64,000 nucleotides of DNA from Gemmatimonadota bacterium. Lineage in GTDB: Bacteria > Gemmatimonadota > Gemmatimonadetes > Longimicrobiales > Gaopeijiaceae. A program made the position numbers and the translations under genes. How positions within the stretch are numbered: position 1 is the first letter of the stretch; each line of letters opens with the position of its first letter. Location: assembly GCA_034521595.1 (NCBI GenBank), contig JAXHMG010000003.1, forward strand, positions 1,600,001-1,664,000, read 5' to 3'. Positions 19,331 through 29,243 of the stretch are shown in pieces. The notes beneath the pieces are model-generated. The model worked only from the letters and a program-made list of their open reading frames with translations, was not told the origin of the DNA and ran no database searches.

Positions 19331-20568
19331 GGACGAGCTCCGAAGCGCTCGGTCACGCGGTCGAGGACTTCTTCGGCCACACCATCCTTCGAGGTGAGTG
19401 GAAGCGCTTCGGGCGCCTGGTCTCCCGACAGAATCGTGACCCGGTTGGTCTCGACGTCGAAGCCCGATCCTTCCTCCGTCGCGTCGTTGGCGACCAGCAG
19501 ATCGAAGCCCTTGGACACCAGCTTCTTCCGGGCATTCTCCACGAGGCTCGAAGTCTCCAACGCGAAGCCGACCGCCACGCTCCCCGGGCGTCTGCGCGCC
19601 AGAGCTTCCCGCGCGATATCGGGGTTCGCGGTCAGAGCCACGGTCAAATCGGCCCCCTCGCCGGCTCGCTTGATCTTGTCTTCACGCGCCTCCACGGGCC
19701 GGTAATCGGCCACGGCCGCGGCGAAGATGGCGACATCGGCGTCCGCCACCCGGGCGTCCACGGCCTGATGCATCTCCCGCGCCGATTCCACCCGGACGAC
19801 GTCGATCCCGACGGGCGGATCGAGGGGGGACGCTCCGCTCACGAGGGTGACGTCGCCCCCACGGCGCCACGCGGCGGCGGCAAGGGCATACCCCATGCGA
19901 CCGGACGAGCGATTTCCGAGATACCGCACCGGATCGAGCGCTTCCCGGGTGGGCCCCGCCGTCACGAGCACACGACGGCCGGCCCACTCCGGAACCCGGC
20001 CCAGAGCGCGTCCGACATGCGCGACGATGTCCGAAGGCTCCACCATGCGGCCCGGCCCGACCCCTTCCCCGACCGCGAGCGGGCCCATCGCCGGGCCGAC
20101 GACCTCGTACCCGAGCCGCTCCCGCACATGGTCCAGATTCGTCTGAACCTGGGGATGCACGTACATCTGATCGTTCATCGCAGGACACAGCAGCACGGGC
20201 GCACGCGTGGCGAGCAGCGTCGTGCAAAGCAGGTCACTCGCCCGCCCCTGGGCGGCGCGCGCGACGAAGTCGGCCGTGGCGGGTGCCACGCAGACCGCCT
20301 CGGCCTCGCGTCCGAGCCGCACGTGGAGCGCCGCTCCATCGGCCGAGAACATCTCCGTGTACACATGCCGGCCCGTGACCGCCTCGAACGACAGCGGCGT
20401 CACGAACCGCTGTGCCGCCTCCGTCAGAACGACATCGACCACCGCTCCGAGACGTGTGAGGTCGCGCGCCAGCTGGATGGACTTATACGCCGCCACGCCC
20501 CCGGTCACCCCGAGGACGATCCGCCGACCCTCCCAGGGCCTGCGCGGAACGAGGACGACGGGCCGCAC
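19327..20568 (-). CDS. coaBC: Phosphopantothenoylcysteine decarboxylase/ligase
   Basis: GVTGGVAAYK, PAMN, TAGPTRE.LDPVRY..NRSSGRMG, AAVADY. Confidence 0.95.
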   Translation of the reverse strand: MRPVVLVPRRPWEGRRIVLGVTGGVAAYKSIQLARDLTRLGAVVDVVLTEAAQRFVTPLSFEAVTGRHVYTEMFSADGAALHVRLGREAEAVCVAPATADFVARAAQGRASDLLCTTLLATRAPVLLCPAMNDQMYVHPQVQTNLDHVRERLGYEVVGPAMGPLAVGEGVGPGRMVEPSDIVAHVGRALGRVPEWAGRRVLVTAGPTREALDPVRYLGNRSSGRMGYALAAAAWRRGGDVTLVSGASPLDPPVGIDVVRVESAREMHQAVDARVADADVAIFAAAVADYRPVEAREDKIKRAGEGADLTVALTANPDIAREALARRRPGSVAVGFALETSSLVENARKKLVSKGFDLLVANDATEEGSGFDVETNRVTILSGDQAPEALPLTSKDGVAEEVLDRVTERFGARP

Positions 20569-20587
20569 GACGGTCGCCCTCCCGCCG

Positions 20588-20806
20588 TTACAGGCCTTCT
20601 CGACGGCGGCGCTTGACCAGCCTGAACTCGATCTCGCCCGACGTCAGCGCCTCGAGAGCACGGGTCGTCAGCTTCTTTTCTTCCCCGATCGGCATCGCCT
20701 CGCTCGGAAGCGAGTTGAGCTCACGAGCGTACTTGGCCGCGACGAGCACTCCCAGGTACTTGCTCTCGGTGCCCTTGGCCACTTCGTCCGGTGTGAAAAC
20801 CCTCAT
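20588..20806 (-). CDS. rpoZ: RNA polymerase omega subunit
   Basis: SKYLGVLVAAKYAREL, between gmk and coaBC. Confidence 0.85.
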   Translation of the reverse strand: MRVFTPDEVAKGTESKYLGVLVAAKYARELNSLPSEAMPIGEEKKLTTRALEALTSGEIEFRLVKRRRREGL

Positions 20807-20848
20807 ATCGATCCTCCTCGGATTTGGTCTTCCAGCTTCGGTGTCGTC

Positions 20849-21502
20849 TTACACGTCCTCGCCGTACTGCTCCGCGAGGACATCCTCCACTTCGGCGCGC
20901 AACGTCCGGGCATCTGCCCACGAGCCCGAGGTCTCCCCGCTCTCGACGTCTCCGCGCACGATCGCCTCGATCTCCTCGAGACACCGCTCGAAGTCGTCGT
21001 TCACCACCACGTACTCGAACTCTTCCGCGACCCGCAGCTCGTCCACCGCCGAGCGGAGGCGCCGAGCCACGTCGTCACGTCCTTCCGTACCCCGCGCGCG
21101 GAGGCGAGCCGACAGGACATCGACCGACGGCGGCAGCACGAAGATCAGCTTCGCATCCGGCATCGCGTCGCGCACCTGACGGGCACCCTGCACGTCGATG
21201 TCCAAGATCACGTGCGTGCCCCGCGCAGCCGCATCGTCGAGCATCGCCTTCGGCGTCCCGTAAAGACGCCCGTGGACCTCGGCCCATTCGGCGAGCTCCC
21301 CGCGCTCCACCATGCGGAGAAACTCCTCGCGATCGAGGAAATGATAATCGATCCCGTCGCGCTCCGTACCCCTCGGCGCACGCGTCGTCGCGGATACCGA
21401 GAACCGGTACCGGTCCGAGCCTTCGACCAGCCGCCGCGCCAGGGTGGTCTTCCCGGTTCCGCTCGGGGCGGCCAACACGACCGGACACGCCACCGGCGTC
21501 AC
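20849..21502 (-). CDS. gmk: Guanylate kinase
   Basis: APSGTGKTT, SATTRAPRGTERDG.DY, YGT, DIDVQG. Confidence 0.96.
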   Translation of the reverse strand: MTPVACPVVLAAPSGTGKTTLARRLVEGSDRYRFSVSATTRAPRGTERDGIDYHFLDREEFLRMVERGELAEWAEVHGRLYGTPKAMLDDAAARGTHVILDIDVQGARQVRDAMPDAKLIFVLPPSVDVLSARLRARGTEGRDDVARRLRSAVDELRVAEEFEYVVVNDDFERCLEEIEAIVRGDVESGETSGSWADARTLRAEVEDVLAEQYGEDV

Positions 21503-22389
21503 TCGACGTTCTCCACCTGCTCACGGATCCGCTCGATCTCCTCCTTCAAGCCGACGGACGCCTGGGCAATCGCGGCGTCATTGGCCTTCGAGCCGATGGT
21601 GTTGGCCTCGCGGTGCATCTCCTGGACCAGAAAACCGAGCCGCTTGCCGACCGGCTCCGAGCCGTCTCCCGCCAGAGCGTCGCGAAACAGGTCGATGTGC
21701 GACCGGAACCGCACGAGCTCTTCGTTGATATCCCAGCGCTCGGCCAGGTAGGCGATCTCACGGGCCAGCCGGTCCTCGTCGACCTCGGCCTGGGCGGTGA
21801 GCTCCGCCACCGCTTCGCGAAGCCGGTCCCGCTCGGCCGTGAGACGCTCCGGCGCCCGCGCCCCGACCTCATCGAGCAAACCTTCCATGGCGTCGACCCG
21901 GTCCATCAAATCCCGCTCCAGACGCCGCCCTTCGTCTTCACGCATCTCCCGGGCCGCCCCGGCCGCTTCTGCGGCGAGGCTTCGGACCCACGCCGGCTCG
22001 AGGGTGCTTCCCCGATTCGACTCGCGGCCCCGGAACAGCTCACCGAACCGCATGATCATCGAGAGATCGACCATCCCGGGCACGGAGAGGTCGTCACGGA
22101 GCTCCTCGAGCGCCTCCTTGAGCGCGCGGGCACGGTCGAAGTCCACGCGCACATCGGCCTCCGGCCCGGAATCGTTGCGCTCGATCGTGAGGGTCGCGCT
22201 CACGTGCCCGCGCGTGAGGTGGCACTTGAGCCCATCCACGATCGGCTTGTCGAAGCGATCGAACCCCGGCGGCGTCTTGACGCTGGTGTTGAAGAAACGG
22301 TGGTTGACGGTGCGAACCTCGAGCCGGACGAGCCCCTCGTCGGACTCCCTCTCGGCGTCCCCGTATCCCGTCATGCTGCGGATCATCAA
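21499..22389 (-). CDS. yicC: YicC/YloC family endoribonuclease
   Basis: SMTGYG, VNHRF, GKRLGFLVQEMHREANTIGSK, REQVENVE. Confidence 0.93.
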   Translation of the reverse strand: MMIRSMTGYGDAERESDEGLVRLEVRTVNHRFFNTSVKTPPGFDRFDKPIVDGLKCHLTRGHVSATLTIERNDSGPEADVRVDFDRARALKEALEELRDDLSVPGMVDLSMIMRFGELFRGRESNRGSTLEPAWVRSLAAEAAGAAREMREDEGRRLERDLMDRVDAMEGLLDEVGARAPERLTAERDRLREAVAELTAQAEVDEDRLAREIAYLAERWDINEELVRFRSHIDLFRDALAGDGSEPVGKRLGFLVQEMHREANTIGSKANDAAIAQASVGLKEEIERIREQVENVE

Positions 22390-22450
22390 TGCGCTCCATG
22401 CATAGCCGAAGAGTATAACAGGGAAGCTACCGGCCTCGAAGCGCCCCCCG

Positions 22451-24349
22451 TCAGTTCCACATCGTCCACCGGATCCCGTAGGACGTCCGCAGCGCCGGGA
22501 GCACCCGACCCGGGAACGCCTGCAAGTTCCTCCGTACCGTGAGGTTCTCCCAGGACACGAAGACGCGGACGGTCACGATGCGCGCCTGGATGCGACCGTC
22601 CCAACTCTGGAAGAAGGGCACGCGCTCCAACCCACTCGAGCCTTCGTTCGAACCGGGCGTGAACACCTCCATCGGATCGTGCCCACGCACGCCCACCGAC
22701 GCCCGCAGTTCGAAATTGCCGCTCTCCAGGAACGCACGCTGGAAGTCGAAGCGCCCGCGGTAGATGCGTGCGGGCAGGTACGGGCCCGGTCGGTCCCACT
22801 CCTGATACGCCCCCACGAACCGGAGTCCCTCGAGCGGCATCGGGAGGACCGCATGAGCCTCCCATCCTCGTCGCGCCTCACCGGGCACCGGCGATGCCCC
22901 GAAGTCGGGAGCGATGCCGAGAGGTAGCGACCGATCCTGGTCGAGACCGAGCGCCGCGACCGAGGCCGTCGTGCCCTTCCAGGAGAAGGAGGCACCCACC
23001 CGGTAGCTCGTGCGCTCAGCCACCAGGAGCCTCGCCGGCGGTCGCTCCTCCCAGGCGGGATCCGTCACCTCGCCCGTATCCGGCTGAGGTGGCGACACGT
23101 CGAACGTCGGCCCCGAGCGCCCGCCATAGCTGCCGGACTCACGGGATCCGAAGAGCGTGAAGCCGGCCCACGGACCGAGCCAGCCACTCAGTCCGTAACT
23201 CTTCGGGCGCGCCCCGACCCAGTCCTCCCGAGTGAAGCGGGCGGTGACTCCGCCGAGGCCCGGACGGCTCCATCCGCCTTCCACATCGAGTCGGTTCTCG
23301 GCGAGGTCTCCGCCCCGATGGAGGCGGAACGCCGCGTTCGACCAGAACCCCCGGTGCTCCGCGCTCACACGCACACCGTGCTGCCCGCGGGAACCTCCCT
23401 CCGTCGCGTAGAGGAGCCGCTCGTCCTCGACATCGTGGGAAGAGCTCCCGGTATACGCTTCGGCGACCAGGCCGTCCAACAGGCGGATCCGGCCGCGCAG
23501 GGAGACGTCCGTGCGGGTGACCGGCGAGGGGTAGTCCGCCACCTCGGAGCGCGACCCCATCCGGCGAAAATCGACGGCGAGACCCGCCTCGTCACCCTTG
23601 TGGAGCTGGTAGCGCAGCCAACTTCCCGTGCGGCTACCGGTCTCGCCCCGGGCGGCGCCCCGGCTGTCGGACCGTTCCAACGCGACCGCGACGCTCCCAC
23701 CGAGCGCGTTCGGGCTGGTGAACGTGCCCCGGAAGAGGTTGTTGTCCAGATCTCCGGTCCCCGCCTCGACCAGCGAGAACGGACGCGCATCGTCGTGATC
23801 GAGTGACCACATCTCGACGACGACCTCTCCCGCGCTCCGGCGGAGGCGCACCCGCTCGATCCCGGCCAAGCCGACGCGCTGCAAGTCGACCACGCCTCCG
23901 GCCAGTGGGAGGAGCTCGAATCCATCCCGAAGCACCCGCACGCCACCAGCCCCCGCGCCGAACGCGCTGAACGCCGCGGGTGTACCGTAGTCCCCCGCCA
24001 AGAGCGGCACGACGCCCGGAACCTCGTCCACGAGCTCCACGAGGGTGTTCGCCCCCGAAGCCATGATCTGCTCGTGGTCCCACGTCCACACACCACCCGC
24101 CCATCCCGACGGGATTCCGTCCTCGAGCGTCGGAAGGTTGTGGAAGGCCGGAAGCGTGTCGGCAGCCACGCTATCGGGAAGTGGGGGTTCCCTGACGGAG
24201 TCCCCTCGCTCCACGGTAGCCGTATCCGTGCGGGGTGGAGGTGGATCCTGTGCGGCCACCGGAACGGCGACCAGAACGACTGCGAGCGCGACCCGAAGGG
24301 CGAGGAAGATGGAGCGCTCCGGGCTCACCCGCTCCGGCTCCGCACCCAC
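22451..24349 (-). CDS. Outer-membrane protein with plug-like N-terminus (TonB-dependent receptor-like/putative porin)
   Basis: Signal peptide, plug-like 'LVELVDEVPGV...DG', C-terminal beta strand YGIRWTMWN. Confidence 0.6.
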   Translation of the reverse strand: MGAEPERVSPERSIFLALRVALAVVLVAVPVAAQDPPPPRTDTATVERGDSVREPPLPDSVAADTLPAFHNLPTLEDGIPSGWAGGVWTWDHEQIMASGANTLVELVDEVPGVVPLLAGDYGTPAAFSAFGAGAGGVRVLRDGFELLPLAGGVVDLQRVGLAGIERVRLRRSAGEVVVEMWSLDHDDARPFSLVEAGTGDLDNNLFRGTFTSPNALGGSVAVALERSDSRGAARGETGSRTGSWLRYQLHKGDEAGLAVDFRRMGSRSEVADYPSPVTRTDVSLRGRIRLLDGLVAEAYTGSSSHDVEDERLLYATEGGSRGQHGVRVSAEHRGFWSNAAFRLHRGGDLAENRLDVEGGWSRPGLGGVTARFTREDWVGARPKSYGLSGWLGPWAGFTLFGSRESGSYGGRSGPTFDVSPPQPDTGEVTDPAWEERPPARLLVAERTSYRVGASFSWKGTTASVAALGLDQDRSLPLGIAPDFGASPVPGEARRGWEAHAVLPMPLEGLRFVGAYQEWDRPGPYLPARIYRGRFDFQRAFLESGNFELRASVGVRGHDPMEVFTPGSNEGSSGLERVPFFQSWDGRIQARIVTVRVFVSWENLTVRRNLQAFPGRVLPALRTSYGIRWTMWN

Positions 24350-25818
24350 GCCACGAGCAGTCGGGTCGGAAAGCCGTATCCGCCTTTCCTCCGATACGGC
24401 AGGTTGCCGTCGCCATACGCCGTGCCCGCGATGTCGAGGTGCGCCCAGGTCGCTTCTCCCACGAACTCCTCGAGGAACGAGCCGGCCGTGATGGTTCCTC
24501 CGGGACGACCCCCGACATTCTTGAGGTCCGCCGTCTCACTCTCGAGCTGCTTCCGGTACTCGTCCCAGAGCGGCAGGTGCCAACACCGTTCCCCCGACCG
24601 GGTGCCGGCCTCGACGAGCTCGCCGACCAGTGCGTCGTCATTCCCGAGCACGGCCGCCGCATGGTGCCCGAGCGCGACCACCACGGACCCGGTGAGCGTC
24701 GCGCAATCGACCATTGCCGCCGGCTCGAGGCGGGAGCCGTAGGCTAGCGCGTCGGCCAGGATGAGCCGCCCTTCCGCGTCGGTATTGATGACCTCCACCG
24801 TCTTGCCGGCGAGCGTGCGGATCACGTCCCCGGGCTTCACGGCCGCGCCCGAGGGCATGTTCTCGGACGACGGCACGATTCCGACCACGTTGGCCCGCAC
24901 GCCCAGCTCCGCGATCGCCTGCATCGCACCGATCACCGCCGCGCCGCCCGACATGTCGAACTTCATGTCCTCCATGTTGGCGGAAGGCTTGAGGGAGATG
25001 CCTCCCGTGTCGAACGTCAGCCCTTTCCCGACGAGCACCAGCGGAGGATCGCCTTCCTCGCCCCCATCGTGTCGCATCACGATGAGACGCGCCTCCTCGT
25101 CGGAGCCTCTCGAGACGGCCAGGATCGCGTGCATTCCCTCTTCGGCCATCCGCGCTTCGTCGAAGACCTCCACCGACATCCCCACCGAGCCACCGATGCG
25201 CACCGCCTCGGCAGCCACGTGCGAGGGCGTCGCAATATTGCCGGGACGGGACTGGAGCGTACGTGCGAGGTTCTCGCCCCGCGCGATCGCCGCGCCGGCG
25301 AGCGTGCCACGCCCGAAGGCGTCGTCTTTGCGCGATGCCACCAGATCCATCGCGCGTACGGACGTGAACGGCCGCTCTTCGTCCCGAGCCTTCAGCTCCG
25401 TGAAGCGCCAGGCGGCCAGCGCCCCACCTTCGGCCGCCGCCTGCGCGACCGTCTCCGGGTCGAGAGTCTCGAACCCCGCGAGCGACAGCGCCCCGCTTTC
25501 CAAACCGAGCCGCTCCGCAGCCCGAACGAGCCTCGCTCCAGCCCTCCGGACGGTCTCCCCCTCCAGCTCCTCCGCCTTGCCGAGCCCCAGCACCAGCACG
25601 CGCTCGGGGGCCCCTCCGGTGGGATAGAACAGGAGCTCCTCCTCCGAGCGTCCCTTCATGTCCCCCCGTTCGAGCGCCCGGGAGATCAGCCCTCCCAATG
25701 CTTCATCGAGCTCGGCGGCAGGCCCGTCACCGAGCTCCGCGGTTCCCTGAAAGACCCCCACCCCCAGGAGCGGAGTGGTATGTTCAGCGGGGTTGGCGTC
25801 CACGTAGCGAACCTGCAT
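24325..25818 (-). CDS. pepA: Leucyl aminopeptidase (M17)
   Basis: GKGLTFDTGGISLK, MKFDMSG, NTDAEGRL, WAHLDIAG. Confidence 0.96.
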   Translation of the reverse strand: MQVRYVDANPAEHTTPLLGVGVFQGTAELGDGPAAELDEALGGLISRALERGDMKGRSEEELLFYPTGGAPERVLVLGLGKAEELEGETVRRAGARLVRAAERLGLESGALSLAGFETLDPETVAQAAAEGGALAAWRFTELKARDEERPFTSVRAMDLVASRKDDAFGRGTLAGAAIARGENLARTLQSRPGNIATPSHVAAEAVRIGGSVGMSVEVFDEARMAEEGMHAILAVSRGSDEEARLIVMRHDGGEEGDPPLVLVGKGLTFDTGGISLKPSANMEDMKFDMSGGAAVIGAMQAIAELGVRANVVGIVPSSENMPSGAAVKPGDVIRTLAGKTVEVINTDAEGRLILADALAYGSRLEPAAMVDCATLTGSVVVALGHHAAAVLGNDDALVGELVEAGTRSGERCWHLPLWDEYRKQLESETADLKNVGGRPGGTITAGSFLEEFVGEATWAHLDIAGTAYGDGNLPYRRKGGYGFPTRLLVAWVRSRSG

Positions 25819-25935
25819 GGGTCGGTCCTCGAGGAGAAGCGTCGGCAAAGGCGAAAGGACATGCGCGAGACAGGGCCCGGAAGCGCCCGGAAGCTACCCG
25901 AGAGTGCGGCACTGGATCAAGCGTTTCCGCGCCGG

Positions 25936-27648
25936 TCAACCTCCGGTCCGCACGCCCCCGTCGAGGACCCCGTCGATCAGGGGGTCCGAGGCTTCCGCGG
26001 CATAGCTCCCGTGCGGACGCGGGTACGCGTCGAAGCCCTCGCGGAAGCACCGATGATACGTGCGTCCCTCCCGCAGCGTCATCGGTCCGCTCTCCGGGCG
26101 CCACGTGGCGCCTTCGGGAACCCCCGCTGTCGGCATCCGGACTCCGAACCGCTCGCGGGTCTCCCGTTCCACCCGCTCCACCAACCTCTCCCCCAGCGAC
26201 AGGGCGTCGAGTAGCCGCTCCTCACCGTAATCGGTGAGGAATTCTCGAGCTCCGGTCGAGTCCCCCGCGCTGTAGCGCGCTTCCGCCTCCCGCTCCACTT
26301 CCGCCTGCTCCGCCACGAGCCGGGACTCGAAGGCTTCCAGGTCGGCCGTCACCGCCCGCAGAAAGACCTCGGGACGCTCACAGGTGTGATAGAGGAGTCG
26401 CTTGTGGGTTCGGAACGCCGAGCGCGTGGCCTCGATCGGTGCGAAGTCCGAGTCCAGGAACGCGTCGTCGGCGTCCTTGGTCATGTACCGGTGCTGCTTG
26501 TACTCGGGGGGAACCTCCCGGGCCCCGAGGCGGACCGGCACGAAAGGACTCGCCACGGCTCCGGTGATGGACATCCAGAGGGTTCCGAGCTCCGAAGGCA
26601 CGTCGGGCCTGAGATGTGCCACCTGTCCATAGCCGGAGCCGTCGTTGGACCAGCGGGGATCGCGCACGAGCGCCAACATGTCCTCCAACGACAACGGCGC
26701 CATCTCCCGGATCTCGTCCTCGAGAAGCGGGGGATAGCGGAACAGGTTGTGGGGGTCGTCCTGGGAGGGAGCGCTCGGGAAAGGTCGCCCGTAAACCCGG
26801 TGGAGGTTGAAGGGCTCGTCGCCATCGGGGTTCCACCACCCCTGCTCCACCGCGAAGGACACCAAGTTCTCGGAGCCCATGAAATCGGGGGAGTCCTCGA
26901 AGTCCACGGGAAAGTCCCCGATATATCCGGGGTAGGACACACGCACTTCGTCCGGCCCCAGGCGCTCGGCGGCCCAAAGCCCCTGTCCGCCGGCGTAGTC
27001 GATGAGCACCCAACCTTCCTCGGCGTCGGCGAAGAGATGGGAGTTGCCCCCATAGGTGGCGTACCCGTGCTCCTCGATGAGCTCGCCCACGATCTCCACG
27101 GCCTCCCGGGCCGTGCCGGCCCGCTCCATGGCGATCCGGGAGAGGTCACTGTAGTTGAGCCCCCTTTGTGGGGTAGGGGTCGCCTCTACGAGCTCCTGCC
27201 GTGAGGGAGACCACACGTCACGGGCCGCGACGTGCCGCTCGTTCAGCCCTCCATTGGTCAGCGGCGGCGGAAATCCGGCGAACTCCGAATAGTTCGTGGT
27301 GATGAAACGGAGCGTCTCGGTGGCCTGAGGAATCCGGAAACGCCGTCCGGGAATCCGCGCTTCTTCCGTGATCCCGACTTCAATGGTCGTTCCCGAGGGA
27401 AACGTCCGGGCGGGCGTGATCTCGTACCAGTGGCTCGAAGGCTCGTGACCGAAGCCGCCCAGCAAGACCGAACCGTCTTCGGTGAGGTTCCGGCCCACGT
27501 AGAGCGCGATGCTCTTGGCAGGCGGAGATAGCGCGACCGACGCCGGGTCCGGAGCGGTGCTTCGCCCCGAAGCCACGAGAGCGCCAAGTACCAGAAAAAC
27601 CGTCGTTCCAGCGATCCCCAAGGATCGCCCCGAAAGGGACAACATCAT
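25936..27648 (-). CDS. Exported C69 family dipeptidase (Ntn hydrolase)
   Basis: YVGRNLTEDGS, NGGLNE, ERAGTAREAV...GY..YGGNSH.FAD..EGW; N-terminal signal/TM segment. Confidence 0.75.
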   Translation of the reverse strand: MMLSLSGRSLGIAGTTVFLVLGALVASGRSTAPDPASVALSPPAKSIALYVGRNLTEDGSVLLGGFGHEPSSHWYEITPARTFPSGTTIEVGITEEARIPGRRFRIPQATETLRFITTNYSEFAGFPPPLTNGGLNERHVAARDVWSPSRQELVEATPTPQRGLNYSDLSRIAMERAGTAREAVEIVGELIEEHGYATYGGNSHLFADAEEGWVLIDYAGGQGLWAAERLGPDEVRVSYPGYIGDFPVDFEDSPDFMGSENLVSFAVEQGWWNPDGDEPFNLHRVYGRPFPSAPSQDDPHNLFRYPPLLEDEIREMAPLSLEDMLALVRDPRWSNDGSGYGQVAHLRPDVPSELGTLWMSITGAVASPFVPVRLGAREVPPEYKQHRYMTKDADDAFLDSDFAPIEATRSAFRTHKRLLYHTCERPEVFLRAVTADLEAFESRLVAEQAEVEREAEARYSAGDSTGAREFLTDYGEERLLDALSLGERLVERVERETRERFGVRMPTAGVPEGATWRPESGPMTLREGRTYHRCFREGFDAYPRPHGSYAAEASDPLIDGVLDGGVRTGG

Positions 27649-27741
27649 GGGTCTTCCTCGTTCGAAGCATATCAGAGGCCGCGAGCATCGGAAGGCAAAG
27701 TAGGGAAAAAAGCTTCTACGCGCTTGTCTTGCGGAGCTTCG

Positions 27742-27773
27742 TTGCACGCCCCCAATATTCGGTTTATCTTCGG
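27742..27773 (+). promoter_or_regulatory. sigma70-type promoter (TTGCAC-17-TATCTT) overlapped by a TTCGG-N6-TTCGG direct-repeat operator
   Basis: TATTCGGTTTATCTTCGG at 27756-27773; 17/18 identical copy upstream of dnaE2. Confidence 0.75.
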
Positions 27774-27822
27774 TTTTCGAGCAGCGTCAGAGTTCTTGCC
27801 ACAGGCAACGTCCCGCACGACC

Positions 27823-29226
27823 ATGTCGCAGTCCCGTACGAGCGCACAGCGTGTTCCCACCCACCCGATCGGTCGAGGGTGGGCTCAGTATGATGCTTCC
27901 CAACAGCCCCCACCCTCCACGCTCGACACGGAAGAGGCCTCCCGAGCGGGAACGTCGAGCGTCTCGACCGAAGCACGTACCGCGCTCTGCCTCTGGCTTC
28001 CGACCTTCGAGCTACGTCTCGAGCTCGTCCGCCGTCCAGAGCTCGACCGCACCTCCGTCGCGCTCCTCTCCGAAAACGAGCACGCCCACCGCACCGTTCA
28101 ACAGGTTTCGACGCGCGCCCACGAAGCCGGAGTTCGCCCGGGACAACGGGTCAGCCAAGCCATCTCGCTCTGCCCCTCCTTGACGTTGCTCGAGCCCGAT
28201 CCCGCCCACTACGACGCGGCGACGGACACCCTCCTCGAAACCCTCACCGAGATCTCGCCCGTGCTCGAGCCCGCGGGCCGCGGGCGTGTCTTCCTGGGAA
28301 TGGACGGCCTCGACCGTCTTTTCGGCCCACCGAGCCGTCAGATCGAACGGACGCTCGCCGCACTCTTCCGAATCCTCCCGGCCCCGCTCGTCGCATCGAT
28401 TCGAGCGGGCATGGCACCGGGCCGGTTCGGCGCCTGGGTCGCGGCGGCATCGGCCCGTCCGGGGACACCGATCATCGTTCCGGAGTCCGGTCTGGGCGCG
28501 TTCCTGGACCAATGTCCGGTACGCGTGCTTCCCGTCGATCCGCGCATGATCGAACGGCTCGAACGCTTCGGTATCGATACGCTCGCGGCGCTTCGCGACC
28601 TCCCCGAGCCCTCGCTCGTCGCTCAGTTCGGTGAGGTGGGCCGGGAAGCGCACGCCTGGGCTTCGGGACGGCGCATCGATCCGGTGCGCCCGTGGCACCG
28701 ACCCCGTCCCCTACGCGCTTCACTCGCTTTCTCGGATCCCGTCGGCCTGGTGGACACGCTCCATGGAGCCCTCGACCGGCTCATCGAGCGTGCCCTCACC
28801 CGTCCAGCCCGGCGAGGGCGCAGCGTGACCGGCGTCCGTCTCGGAGCCCACCTGGAGGGAGGGGGATCCTGGATCGTGGAAGCGACACTCCGGGAGCCCA
28901 CCACCGTGCGGGAACGCATCGCCGCGCCGCTCCGCGCCAAGATGGGGATCACCCCACCTCCGAAAGCCGTCGAAATCCTCTTCTTCGAGATCACCGATTT
29001 CGGCGCATCTTCTTTTCAGGAGAACCTCTTCGAGCGGAAGGACGCGGAAAACCGCGCGGAGATGAATTCCGGTCCACTCGAAGGAGAGGTGCCTCCGTCG
29101 CTACGCGAAGCCGTGAAGGAGCTCAAGATGCGGCTCGGTGACTCCCCGCTCTACCGCGTGGTCGAGCTCGATCCGTGGTCCCGGATCCCCGAACGCCGCC
29201 ACGCACTGCTCCAATTCGATCCATGA
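27823..29226 (+). CDS. imuB: ImuB/ImuY-like Y-family polymerase homologue (probably inactive)
   Basis: ALCLWLPTFELRLE, A..AGVRPG..SQAISLCP, ISPVLE...VFLGMDGL, LERFGIDTL..L; lacks the DinB DMDAFYA motif; start uncertain. Confidence 0.8.
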   Translation: MSQSRTSAQRVPTHPIGRGWAQYDASQQPPPSTLDTEEASRAGTSSVSTEARTALCLWLPTFELRLELVRRPELDRTSVALLSENEHAHRTVQQVSTRAHEAGVRPGQRVSQAISLCPSLTLLEPDPAHYDAATDTLLETLTEISPVLEPAGRGRVFLGMDGLDRLFGPPSRQIERTLAALFRILPAPLVASIRAGMAPGRFGAWVAAASARPGTPIIVPESGLGAFLDQCPVRVLPVDPRMIERLERFGIDTLAALRDLPEPSLVAQFGEVGREAHAWASGRRIDPVRPWHRPRPLRASLAFSDPVGLVDTLHGALDRLIERALTRPARRGRSVTGVRLGAHLEGGGSWIVEATLREPTTVRERIAAPLRAKMGITPPPKAVEILFFEITDFGASSFQENLFERKDAENRAEMNSGPLEGEVPPSLREAVKELKMRLGDSPLYRVVELDPWSRIPERRHALLQFDP

Positions 29227-29243
29227 GGGGGTCGAGAACCGAC

